A stretch of 64,000 bases of DNA from Camelus ferus (lineage: Eukaryota), in assembly GCF_009834535.1 (NCBI RefSeq), contig NC_045697.1, forward strand, positions 79,920,001-79,984,000, written 5' to 3'. Numbering within the stretch: the stretch's first letter is position 1; each line of letters begins with the position of its first letter. Below are positions 25,436 to 38,439 of the stretch, in pieces. A program made the translations under genes and the position numbers. Below the pieces are notes generated by a model, which was not told the origin of the DNA, did not search any database, and saw nothing but the letters and a program-made list of their open reading frames with translations.

Positions 25436-26869
25436 GTAAGAATGGCAATGAAGTCTGACTAGTGTTGAGTGACTGAGAAAACTTACAGCAAATATTTTGG
25501 AGTCAAAAGACTAAGAAAGAATGTTTGAATCCCAACGGAGTCTGTCACTGTGTCTGTGTCTGCGTGCCCTCAACTGTGTTTTAATTTTTAAATTAGCATG
25601 CAAAGTACTCTAACATTAAATGGCAAAAAAATAATTAGCATTGCTGAAGGAAGCAATGTCATTTCATTAAATATTTAAACTTTTTGGATGCGTGTCTCAG
25701 GCAATAAAAACTGCTATTTGATCACCTTCTATATTTATTAACAAAGCTAAGTCTACTAGTTGCAGCTGTTGACAGGATTATAAGAAATGTGGCTTTATAT
25801 ACATTGGTCCAAATGAACCATATAGTGTTTTGATATTAGATGTATTTTTGAAAACTTGGAGCAGCATTTTAGTTTCTCAAAGGCTAGTCGGGTAGAAATA
25901 AGAAAACTATTTGGTAAACATTAATTTAATTTTTTTTGTATAATGTGTGAGAGAAGTAAAAGAACTATAGATTATTTTGAGTATTTTAATCTAGTGAGTC
26001 AAAATTCTTTGATCCTTGTTAGATTTAATCAACCTCAAAATAATAAAACAGTAACCAATTAAATTAGTACTGTAGCTGAATTCAAAATAATTACTTCAGG
26101 TTTATAGATTTTATTCTGCTGGGGAAAATAAAAGCACCATACAGTGATTGTTATTGACTTAATTTTCTCAATAGTATGAACTTATACAGAGTAGTCAATA
26201 TTTTTGCTTTTGGAGGTGACATTTCCTCTTGCTTCTAAGCTTCTGGGTCATTTATGAGGTTGCTCAAAAATACACATTTTAAAAGCATTTGCTACATATA
26301 CCAAGTAAATTGTAATACATACTAAAGAGCTGATCCTAGTAATCTATGTTGTTCAGCAATTTGAACATCTAGAAAAAACTTATTTAAAGAAAATGTACCC
26401 GAGAATTAATTTCCACTTAATTTCAATATTCAAATATTAATTAGATTTATGTTAAAGTTTCATCTCTGTACTGAGGCATTTTTATTACTTCTATAGAGAT
26501 TAGTCAGGGCAAAACATCTGCAAATTTAATTTTAGTTGTTACCATTAAAATTATTTATTACATATACAATATAAAGGCATTTATATAGATTATTATAAAA
26601 TTTTATGTGATATAGTGAGGAAGCATTTAATCCAGGGTTAGATAAACTTGTCATTTCTATCAACAGCTTAAATAGAAGTTAGCATTATATGTGCAAAAAT
26701 AATAATGGAAGAAAACCTATCACTGAATACTTTATTTTGTATTTGTCACTCACACAGAACAGAAGTATTTTAAAATCTTATCACTTGGAGGAGCAAATGT
26801 ATTTCCTTACTCAAAATGATCCATTTGCTTTTTTATAGTTTAACCTCATTCTTAAAAGTCTATTTATAT

Positions 26870-27150
26870 TTTTATTTTTCCAAGTTTATCAAGAAATAAT
26901 TGGCATATGTGACCATGTAAGTTTAAGTTGTATAGTATGATGGTTTGATTTACATATATTGTGAAATGATTACCACATAGGTTCAGCTAACACTTATCTT
27001 CATATAGATATGATAAAAAGAAAAGAAAGAAAAAATTTTAAAAATTTTCTCCTTGTGATGAGAACTCATAGGATTTACTCTTAACAACTATCCTAGATAC
27101 CATACAGAAGTGTTAGCTATAGTCTTCATGTTGTACATTACATCCCTATG
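26870..27150 (-). mobile_element. L1 3' end fragment
   Basis: Poly-T followed by ...gatttacatatattgtgaaatgattaccac...ttgtgatgagaactc...atgttgtacattacatcccta. Confidence 0.75.
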
Positions 27151-30100
27151 AATACTTTTAGTTTTGTGAGACACTTTGTGATACTCCAGATTTCCTGGAA
27201 AATGCTTTTATTTTAAACTAATGGCAGTATAAGCTATATTCTAGTATAGATGTCAGTATCAACTTGGATGCCTTAAATTGCAAACAAGAAAAAACTTAAT
27301 GCATATTTGGGCTCGATAAAAAATGGACTCTCTTAGCTTTCATGAATACAAAGTTCAAATATAAGGTAAGCTCTAGTACTATATGGGCTTTTTTTTTGTC
27401 CCCTCACTCTGCTTCTTATTCATAACCAAGGGCTCAGATTCTCTTTTTATCTTTGCTGTCATTTCTGCAAAGCCAGCTTTATTCTAGGCTGGCTTGCCTT
27501 GTGGACTTAAGATTAGAGCCAGACATTTTCTTGTTCAGAGTTAAAATAAGAGAACTTTGTCCCAGCTTTCCAAAAGAGAATCCTGAGGTTGACTGACTGG
27601 GACATCTCTTGCCTAAACTTGAACCAGTCATTGTATCCAAGAGAATGGAGTGTGTTGATTGGCTTAAGTCATCTGAGGCTCTTCCTCAGGCTAGAAGATG
27701 AGAGAAGTTCAGCTTCTTGGAATGACATATATTACATGAGGAAGGATAGATACTCTAGGGAAAAACCAGGATGCTTTCAAAAAAGAGAAAGGATCCTGAG
27801 TAGGCATCAACAAATACCTACTACTGTATCTTGGGCATTCCATTTTGAAAATTCATTTGCTTTCTTCATTTAAAAAATTTCATTTACTTTCTTTTAAAAT
27901 TCATTTGCTTTACCTATGGTTATTTAAAAATTCATTTGACTTCTTATTTTTTGTTTACAAATCCAAGAACATAACCTATAAAATTATGCAGCCATAGTTT
28001 AACAGTTCATTTTTATAAAGTGAAACATGGAGATACATATTTTCAACATTATGGAGTCATGTGAGAATAAATAAAATACCACCAACCACTTCAGCTCCTT
28101 TGTAGAATGAACTAGTGATAAGTCACTGGTTAAATTTAAATTTTAAACTTGAATAAGGGAGAAAAGGTCAAATCTAAGTTATCTACAGTTGTCAGGAACT
28201 GAGAGTAAAGTTGTTATTCAGAAGCTGCTTACTGGGTGCTCACTATGTACTCAGCAGAGTTCTCACTGCTTTGGAGGATTCTAAACAAGTGCCAGGCAGG
28301 AAGCTGCTTTTAAAAAATGGACAGGCTGCATGCAAAGTCAAAACAAGCACACAAGAAACAAAGGCAAACAGCAGAAGATGGTAGATGATTTGGTACTAAA
28401 TTGTATGGAACAGACTAGATCTAGAGAGGAAGGTTGAAATTGCCTAAATTCTGTTAATGAAAAATTCATAGACAACCTGAGCCCAGCTTTGAAAAGGAGA
28501 TAAGGTCTGCAGAGTAGAAATTGAAACAGAAGACTTTCTACAGGAAGATTAGTTACAAGAGTGGTAGGAGGTACAGTTGAGCTTGGTGAGTGTAGAAATA
28601 TTGGCAAGACAAGCTGGTCTGGAAAAACATCAGAATTCACACTGAAGGTTTGTTCTTAATACGACAATGGGAAAAGGATCTAAAAGATCTTCATCTTTAG
28701 CCATGGTCTGTGAAAACCGATCATTAATCATGGTTGGTAAGATGACAATCAATGTAGGAAAGTAGTTTGCTGAAACAGCTTTTAGGAAGGTTAGTTCAGG
28801 TTGATGTATAGGGTGCACTGGAGCAAGTTCCGTGAAATACGTAAAATTATCCACATAAATTCTTGGTAATTTATCCATGAGGAGGTGAAAACGGTGATTA
28901 TGGTAGACCCAATGGGGATGCATTTTCAGTGGTGTTTCTGATTGTTGACAATTGCCAGACATGACAAAACGTTGTCAGATTTACTGCTAAAACACATGAC
29001 AGAATATTGTAGTAGAAAGAACATGAGCTCTAGAATTCGTTTATGTGTGGGTTCAAATTCAGTTCTGCATTGTAAGTGGGGTGGAACTTCAGGCATGCTT
29101 CTTAATCCCCGTGAATGTTAATTTCCTTGAGACATATAGGGATTTCTTACTTATTTCACTGGGCTGGTAGGGTTAAATAACAAATATAAAATGTGCAGCC
29201 TTCTCTCTCTTCTACCACTATCCTAAATTTCTTGACCACTGGAAATAAAAACTGGAAGACTTCTGGTGCCTAAGAGTGCACTTCGACAGTCTTCATCCAG
29301 CAAGGCCTGACATTTCCAATACTGTCATCTCAAGTGAATGGCTTAGGAGAAGGCTAAGTGTTAGATTACCAGAGAAAAGTGTGATTGTTCTCTGGGTCAG
29401 TTTGATCCCAGGTGAAGGGGACAGTTTGAGGGGAGTGGAAGGAGCTCTGAGTTTGGAGTCCTTCAGGGTTCAGACCCAGATCATACCGCTTGTCACTGTG
29501 CCCTTGGGTGAGTGACTATGAGCCATCATCTTAAATGGCCCTAATAGCATAGTGGTGGGGATAACACAAGAGGACATAGTAAACACCCCATAAAATTTGA
29601 CCTTCTTAGAAAGATTTAGTACATTAATCATTTAAATATCATCTAATAGTTTAGCTGTAAGCCTAGCTACAATCCTTTAAAGAGGACCTTTGGAGAGAAG
29701 ATGGTTAAGATAATTTGTAACATCCTAACTCTAGGAAAGAATTGTCATATTCAGATTATCTGAGAAAATTTGTATGACAGTTTAATTAATAAAATGTTTT
29801 TTTAACTACTGAGCACGCGGACAAGCATATCTTTTGTTCTTTTGCCTAAGCATACCCCCAGAGTACACAAAGTAGTCCTTATTTTTGTGACTACAATTAG
29901 TACCCATTCGTTTTTTGCATCCTTTGCAGCTGCACATTTACGAGATATTTAGGGAAATAATTTGAATCATCCTGACTTTAAAACTGCATGATAATTTTGG
30001 GATGCTTCCCAACCTTATCTTTCATAATGCTAATTCAAAAGGAGACACTACATAGTATCTGGGATAGAAGCTTAATAGTAATTCCCAACCAGTGCTAACC

Positions 30101-30276
30101 GGTGTGTGACAGAGGCCTCCCGGCATGTTACAGCTACGGCTCCTGAAGAATTCTGCTCTGTGAAAACACCTAAATCTCGACACTGACCTTCTTGCGAAAG
30201 ACAAGTTTTCATCAAAAGGCGAATGCTGCTTTCCCTAAGTGCAAACACAGAGCTATCTATAATCATGCTGTTTTCT

Positions 30277-30868
30277 TTTTTTAATTGCCATATATATATT
30301 TTATTCAACTATAGTCAGTTTACAGTGTTGTGTCAATTTCTGGTGTACAGCACAATGTTTCAGTCATACGTGAACATACATATATTCGTTTTCATGTTCT
30401 TTTTCACCACAATACTACAAGATATTGAATACTGTTCCCCGGGCTATATAGCATAAATTTGCGGTTCATCTTTATCAGTGGTGCGCCACAGCGTGGGCGC
30501 AGACCCCCGCCCCGCCTCCGCGGACAGCGTGCGCAGGCCTGTTGTGAATGCCCGCCCCCGCCCTGCCCCCGCCCTGCCCCCGCCCTGCCCCCAGCGAAGG
30601 CGCCAGAACTCAGCTCGCTGCCTGTTCCAGAGGCGCGAGTCCAGGAAAGGTCCAGAGAGAGCAAATACACCTTCTCTGTATGAGGTCGTAACCAATCTCA
30701 GTCCTGCCAGGTTTTGTGAGAATCCTACTGTATTTCGAAGCGAGAGACACTTTGCTAGAGTTCTGTAAGTGTTCCGTGGGGTTCAGTGGGTTTGTAGATG
30801 TAAGTCTTGGTGTATTTGTGGGAGAGGGTGAGCTGAGGCTCTACTCTGCCATCTTGGCTCCTCCCCTC
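30277..30868 (-). mobile_element. Internally deleted or spliced L1 (5'UTR pieces joined to 3' end; no ORF1/ORF2)
   Basis: The minus strand starts GAGGGGAGGAGCCAAGATGGCAGAGTAG (L1 5' terminus with YY1 motif), is GC/CpG-rich to ~30476, then continues as L1 3'UTR and A-tail. TSD CATGC[T/C]GTTTTCT at 30264-30276 and 30869-30881. Confidence 0.85.
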
Positions 30869-31550
30869 CATGCCGTTTTCTGCTGTTGGAATTGGCTGAG
30901 TAATTTGTTGATGTGTTTTCCGGTAGATGTAGAGACTGTTTGTGATGTTCTTTTTAACTGGCAAATGGCATATGGAATGAAGGGTATTATAAATATTTAA
31001 AGCTGTAATTTTCAAACTCTGTTAGATACAGATTGCTCCATTTAAGCAAATGTACACAACCTCCCTACTTCACACATTACTTCTTACAAATGCAAAGACT
31101 CTATCTTTTCTAGTTGCAAAATACCGTAAAGGAAAGTAACACATGACTGCCATGTTAGGCTGCCTCGTCTTTGTGTTTTCCAACAGTGATAGCTCGCAAA
31201 ACTCACCATTCTTGTAGAAGGATCCCTGATGTACCTCCTTGGAACACAACAGTTTACAAGCCATTGTCCTGGTAGTTAGGAAGTAAGGAAGACATTGCTG
31301 AACAGTCATAACTCACTTAACATCAAATAGAGTAGCCGTGCTTAATATTTTATTTTCAGAGTTTCTAGGGTAGATAGCATTTGAAGAGAGTTATATGACT
31401 AGAAAGTTTGAAGAAAAAAAAAAAAGAAAACACTGTCTAGGATCTGAATTTCTTTCCTAAAGAGAAAGGAAGCAGTACAGAGTAAGCGTGGTAAGAGGTG
31501 TAGTTCCCAAGGGAGGCCGTAGCCAGATCATATATGACCTTGTTAGATAT

Positions 31551-32083
31551 TATATTAGTTACTGCCACACAACAAATTACCCCAAAACTTAGTGACTTAA
31601 AAATTGCGATAAACATATATTACTATCACAGTTTCTGTGGACCAGGAATTCAGCCCTGGCTTAGCTGTGAAATTATGAGGCTGTAGTGAAGATGTTTCCC
31701 AGAGCTGATGCCATCTGAAGGCTTTCCTAGAACTGGAGGATTCATTCATTCCCATGGTAGCTTTTTCACATAGTTGGCAGATTGGTGCTGGTGGTTGGTG
31801 GGAAGTCTCAGTTCCTTCTCATGTGAGTCTCTCCACAGGCCGGTTGAATGTCAGAATGACAAGGCAGCTCATTTCCTCCAGAACAGGTGATCCAAGAGAG
31901 ACCGGTAGCAGGGCAGTGACTTTAACCCCTAGCCTCGGAAGCCACGCATCGTCAATTCCACCATAACTGATGCTTTGGAAGCGAATTACTAAGTTGGCCC
32001 ACATTCAAGGGAAGGGAATTAACCTCCACCTTTTGAAGGGAGGAGTGTCAGAGAATTTACAGACACATTTTAAAACCACCACA
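31551..32083 (-). mobile_element. MaLR LTR (MLT1-type)
   Basis: tatattagtt...acaacaaattaccccaaaacttagtgacttaaa...ggcccacattcaagggaaggg...aaaaccaccaca. Confidence 0.85.
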
Positions 32084-33334
32084 GGCATAAAAAGAAACTT
32101 GGATCCTCTTCCACTTAATTGATTCATCCATTTAGCAAATATTTATTCAACACCTACTACGTGCTAAGCATTGCTATGGGCATTGAATAAGGCTTATCAG
32201 AGAGTGTGACACTTGTGTCAAGGCCTGAAAGATGAAAAGAAAAGGGTTAGAGTTTCCAAGCATCTTTGCCTCTACTTTACTTTCTGTCCACAGTAAATAT
32301 GTCCATTTACTTCTTACTAAACTCCTGGTCTCTCCTTAACCTCTGTAGCTGGCGAGTCCACTTAACAGTTGACTCAGTCTCTGGGTTACAATTTCCTCGA
32401 CTGTAAAATGATAAATCCCCTTTTAGCTGTAACATTTTCAGCTAGAAAAATAGGGCAATCTCTTTTAATCATTGAAATCTTCTTAATTTTAGCAGGATAG
32501 AACTGAAAGGAAGAACAAATAAAATAACAATGAGCTTTTACAAAGAAATTAATTAATACATCATTTGAAGTTTCCATAGTCTGTTTTTACTCTTTTAGCT
32601 CACACTTGATCTGTGAAATTATGTAAAGCATATCTTTAGCTGGGTGGTAATAGGTTATATATGAATTGCAGTTATCTATGTTAACACTCTGGTTAAGAGA
32701 TCTTTGAATTCTTTTTTTAAAAAAATTTAGACCTGTAAGAGTTCTTTTCAAGATGCATTCTTGCATGAGCTTTTACTCATGTTTGGTAATTTTACTTCCA
32801 GTTCTTTTTTTTTCATCCACTAGGCTCAGTATTAGGCTTAGGGAGCAGAATTCCCCAAGTGAGATACATGCCTTTTGTAAATGCACTCCGACTTCTGCCC
32901 AAATACATTTTTTGAGAGACAGGGAGAATGAAACAAGAATAGGGAAGAAAAACAAAACAAAACAAAAAACGGCAAAGGACATTTCATTTTCTCTAGATTT
33001 ACCATCTTGATTTCATTAAGGCTTCCTAATTCCTCTCAGGTCTGTTGGCTTGGGCCAGAGACACCTTTCTTCATGTTATTAATTGCTCACTCTTTAGTGC
33101 TCCGACAGCATTTTATTTACACTTCTCTTTTGGCAATTATGGTATGTCTTGTGCTGTAAATGTTTCTGTATATGTATACTCAGTGAATTCTGTTTCATTA
33201 TTTGTTCTTGAAGGCAGGAACAATATTCCGTCCATATTTGTTACTCTCAAAACACCTAGTCCAGTGCCAAGATGAAAAATTTTAGAACAAATTTGGTGCT
33301 ATTAAAAATACTTTTTAAAGCCCCCATCAAAAGA

Positions 33335-33462
33335 AAAACTATAAATGGTGACAGATGTTAACCAGACCTATTGTGGTGATCACTTCTCCATGTGCACAAA
33401 CATCAAATCATCATGTTGTACACCTGAAACTAATATAATGCTATATGTCAGTTATATCTCAC
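33335..33462 (+). mobile_element. L1 3' terminal fragment
   Basis: ggtgacagatgttaaccagacctattgtggtgatcac...tgtacacctgaaactaatataatgctatatgtcagttatatctca. Confidence 0.75.
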
Positions 33463-34209
33463 TTTTTTTTTTTTAAAAAGATTTTTTGAAATGAAAAATA
33501 ACATGGACTCATGTTAAGGGTAAAGTAATTTTAAATGATTTATTATTTCAAGTCATCCAACTGATAAATTTTGATCTGTGTAATAAAAGAATAAGGCTCT
33601 ATGTACTGACAAAATTAAGTCTGAAAAGTTAAGATTCTTTAAAAATTGGTAATAATGATAGTTTTTACAATTTTCAAAAATCATGACATTGATTTTAAAT
33701 CATTCCTTACTTTTCATACTGACATTATTTGTCTCTGTATAGTTTATTTGAAGTAACATATAAATATCAATGGACTCTACTTGCATAAAAATGTCCCCCA
33801 AGCTGTAATAAGTCTACATTTGATAGGAAATTTATCAGCTCATGTTCATTCAATTTTCTCAGATTATCCAGTTACCAAAAAAAATTCTTTCCAATGGCTA
33901 AAGCCTGATTACTGGTTCATCATTAAATCACTAACGAAAATAGTAAAAACATTTTTGGTAATATTACAAGTGTTTGAGTTCTCTAAAGTATGATATAATT
34001 TCTGGGTTTGAAGAAAAAGTTTTACAACTTTAATAAATCAGAAATATTATCAATGACAAATAAATCATGCAGACTGAAACCATTTATAGTCTTTAACTGG
34101 AATATAAATACGTGAATACTAAATGACATTTTGAAATCTCAAAATCATATTAATGTTTCTAATCCTCACTTCTCATCTGAATTATTATAAAAACCTTTCT
34201 ATTCTCCCA

Positions 34210-34842
34210 GACTGTACTCTGGCCATTTTCCAGTTCATCCTCCCCAGCTCTGGCAAATTAATTTCTTTAAAATGCAAATGTGACCATGTCATACCCCTGC
34301 TTAAAACCCTTTCGTGACTCCCAAGATTTCAGAATAAAATTCAGACTCCACTGCATGACAGGAGGGGGCTGATCACTGCCTGTCTCAGCCTCCTGCCTCA
34401 ACTAGTCACACTGAATTATCAGAAGAGTGCTATATGTTCAGTGCTTTCTCTTCTCACAGGGTTTCCTCTGTTTGAAATACCTTTCTTGCTTCTGTGCCTA
34501 AATTCAGGGTTTTCATAATTCAGCTCAAACCAAGTCACTCCCAGTATCTTCCAAGTGTCAGAACCAGTGATTTCCTTCGGATGTCATTTTTTATCCAGCT
34601 GAGCTCTGTGTCCCTGTATGTTCTCCTTATAGCCAACACTTTTTTTTTTTAATTAAAGAAATTAACGTATGTGTTCACTGAATTGTAATACAGTAGTTTG
34701 CTTACTTGCCCATCTCAGCGTCTGGACTGTAAGCTCCTAAAAAAACAAGGAGCTTTCATCTCTGAATTACCAAAGTTGAACACAGTGCCGAGCAGTGAAG
34801 TGTCACCAAACACAGTTTTGGGGAACAAATATAAATGAATGG
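34210..34842 (+). mobile_element. L2 3' fragment
   Basis: aaatgcaaatgtgaccatgtcatacccctgcttaaaaccct...tggactgtaagctcc...aaatgaatg. Confidence 0.65.
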
Positions 34843-35659
34843 CAAATAATTAATAATTTGCCATGGAGAGGAATAACATTGAAAATATTTAATAACCAGT
34901 TGGTAGAGGCACCTATTGGTCGCAATGGAACTACTGTAACGACAAGTAATGCTGTACTTATTGGCACCCTCCAGGTATCAACCCAGGCTGCGAATCTCTT
35001 TGTTTTTTTCATACCAACAAGGAGAAAATATGTGTACTCTCATACCTACGTGCAACCAGACTATTTTAGGAAAACATGGAAACAATATATTGGAAAGCAC
35101 CTCGAGGCATGGACACAGGGTCCCATAATCCTGTGTTGTTGATTTATGTGAGAAGATAAAAGCTTGCCTATGGAATTTGCAGTGGCGTCAAAGTGCTGCC
35201 AGCCCTGCCCCAGTTATCCAGAGGCATGCGTCACAGTCTCTGGTGGACTATTCTCTCCTGAAATAGCATAAGTTAAGGAAGGATAATTTCCCACGTCTTT
35301 AGGACCTGGAGTAAATCTTTATTGCCTTCTTACTTTATACGTTTGGTGACAGTAAATAGCTCCCCTTCCTCTAGCCAGGATATTATCTTAGCTCCAGTTG
35401 CCTTCATCTTTTAAATACGCTACTGGAAAGATTGCAAAAATGGATTCATCTCTTACTTCTCTCCTTGTCTCCCACCATCCCAAACCCAGGCGTCTGTGGT
35501 CACCAGAGTGAACTTTCTGAAATGGAAATGTGACCCCAGCCCCAAACCATTCAGTTCTTCTGCATCACCTATAACAAAGTCCTGAAAGTGATTTAAAAAA
35601 TTGAGCTTTTTAAAAAAAATACGCATGTGCTTGGGCTTCATATGTGGAGAGTCCAATTC

Positions 35660-36027
35660 AGTAGAGGCTTGGTGGTGCTGTAACAAGTGATCACAAATGC
35701 AGTGGCTTGAAATAACACATATTTATTCTTTTATAATTTTTGAGGTCTGAAGTCTAAAATTAGATCCCCAGGGCTAAAACCAAGGTATTGGGACTGCTGG
35801 TTCCTGTTGGAGGCTCTGAGTGAGAAGCGATGTGGTGTCTCTCCTCTCCTCTCTGACCTTCTGCTTCCTTCTTATAAAACCTTTGTGATTACATCAGACC
35901 CACTTGGATAATCTCCCCATTAATTTAGTCACATCCGCAAAATTCCCTTTGTCATATGACGTTACATTTACAGGTCCCAGGGATTAGGATGTGGACATAT
36001 TTGGGATCCATTGTTCAGACTACTGCA
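35660..36027 (-). mobile_element. MaLR LTR (MLT1A/B-type)
   Basis: gctgtaacaagtgatcacaaatgcagtggcttgaaataacac...cacatccgcaaaattccctttg...gggattaggatgtggacatat. Confidence 0.8.
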
Positions 36028-37847
36028 GGGTGTGCACACCAGCAGACCCTTGAAAAATGAACCCAAGGAGGAAGTCTGAGCAAGCGCTGGAACCACACTT
36101 GGGGCTCCATGTGTGGTGTGTGGTCTGGAAGCAGGGAAGCTGCAGGATCAAGACGGGCTTGTCCCTTGGCCCTCTGGATCCCCTCGCTGCTCAGAGAGAG
36201 GAGGTCCCTTTAAAGTTCAGGACCCAGGACAGGAGCCTAAGGATCACAAGTCTCCTCCCCCCTTTTCATCTGGCAACCCCGGCAACTTCCCTTTCTCCTG
36301 ATCTATACACGAGATTCTGTCAGAGGAAAACACGTATGCAAATTGTTTTATTCTGTTCAAAGTTCTTTTTTTCTTTCTACATCCCTGCCTTTTACTTGTC
36401 GTGAAAGAGCTCCATTCCAACCCACACAATGTTTTTAACCATCCTCACTGGCTTTCCCTTCCTTTGAATCTCTAATTCCATCCTTCCGCCACCTCTTCAG
36501 TTCTTAAAATACACAAGATTTCACCTGTTTGCTGTGTTTTAAAAAATATGTCACCCAGCTAGCAAGTTATTCCTGAATCCTACAAAACTGTCAGTTCATG
36601 CCTCTTGTAATATTTCTTGCTTTAAAAATTTCCACCATCATTTGAAACCTACAGGTTTTCTTTTGTAATTAAATTTAAAATTACTTTTCTTGTTCTTCTT
36701 GTATCCTCCATACTTTACTGTGTCTTGACCATGTTGAATAATGTTTCCACACATATACAGAATTTTTTGAAAAAGCTATTTTGCTCTCCTTGTAAGTTTT
36801 TGAAAATCCCTGAAGTTTCATCTTTGTTTTTACTTCTTCTCATTCATGAGTGGAATTTTTAAAGGGAATCAACTGTGTTTAGGACTCTGACATAATTTTG
36901 AGAGAATTGTTGTGTTTTGAGAGTTTATGAATTATTTGATAAGTTTTCTTTTTTTAATAAAGTTTGGTAGATTTTTACCTTAATGAAATATTACATATTG
37001 CAGAGGACCTAATGAAAAGAAAATTTGCCAATTTAAACTTAGTTTCAAACTCATGTTATAAAAGTTCGGTGCTTTTTAAAAAAGAATCTATGACTACATA
37101 ATGTTATCATGTGACCATAGTATATGCTCCACGAGGGCAGATGTCTGTCTTGTTTACAGTTGTCTCCAGTGATGGTCCAGCTGCCAGTGCTTGGATTTTT
37201 ACTAAATAATTAAGTGAATATGAGAATTAATGACTGATAGAATTTCAGAATGGCTTTTAAAAAGAACAATGGAAAGATGTTCCGTGTAAATCATGCTACC
37301 TCAATCAGAGCGTTGAAATATAGATTTTAAAATTTTCAATCAGATTTGCAATCTCTCCCAGCCTATTCTGCTATGAGTAATAATTTATACCTTCAAGAGT
37401 ATTAAACTGTGTATATTCAAGGTCATGGTCATCTGTTTAAATAGTTTATTAATTGATAAATACAGGAGATACTATACAAATATTTTATATAGATATTATA
37501 TATAGTGAGAATTCTATTATTATAGAATTATATAGCTGTTAAGACACTAAATATGTGTTAGGTGTTGAGAAATGTGAATCTCTGGTACCGAAATGAAGAC
37601 AGAAAATGAGGGAGATATTTCTTCCCTTTCTCCTCATTTTTTAAAAAATTGTGTGTAGGAATTGGTTAACTGTGATTTTGTCTAGTTTTATAGTGGCAAA
37701 TACATGTATGACTTCTTCAGCGTGAAGATACATTTTTACCGTCTCAAAGTTCTGCTTCATAGTATTCTCTCTTCCCTTGTCTTGTATTGTTCCCTGGTTT
37801 AAACTTTGCAAATGATTGAAGATACCTGTCTTACTGTTTGTCCTCAG

Positions 37848-37946
37848 AATGGCTTCACTCCTTTATACATGGCTGCCCAAGAGAACCACATTGATGTTGT
37901 GAAATATTTGCTAGAAAATGGAGCTAATCAGAGCACTGCTACTGAG
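37848..37946 (+). CDS. ANK2: Ankyrin-2 coding exon (exon 5): [33 protein letters not shown]
   Basis: 99 nt, tcag|AAT...GAG|gtaaga. Confidence 0.97.
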
Positions 37947-38439
37947 GTAAGACTGTCAACTCGAAAGACTTGAATTCTTTGATCTTAGTGTCCATATTCT
38001 TTGCATCCAGCTGCAAAGGGTCTCCCTGCCTTTTATCCTAGGAGTGTTTGTGTTACTATTGCAACCTACAACAGTGGCCATGAACGAATGACCCAGTGCA
38101 CAGAGTTCAATGAGTTTATGCGTTGATTTGGGATTCATGTCAATTTATTCTTACACGAAATTGTGCTTCTATTAGTTTGCCCTTCTCTAGCTTTTAGGAA
38201 CTTTATACTGTTCTAAAATTAGATTATAGTAAACTCTACCCATCCCTTTTTGTTAATATTTTATCTTTGTTAGGATCTAATACAATTCCTTAAAGGAACA
38301 TTTTTAATGATTATCACTAATTCATGGTTATTTATGTTTGTACAATTTCATGAGGAATGTGTCACTAAAAAGCTGTTCATAACCACAAATTATGACATCT
38401 GGTTGTATGACTATGATTATGGCAACAACTAAATAGAAT

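Noticed and set aside
27845..27940. Four spaced AAAATTCATTT motifs, superficially array-like
   Set aside because: Low-complexity AT-rich local duplication with related spacers; eukaryotic context and no cas genes.
30404..31015. Cluster of overlapping GC-rich ORFs
   Set aside because: Explained by stop-codon scarcity in the L1 5'UTR-derived GC-rich sequence.
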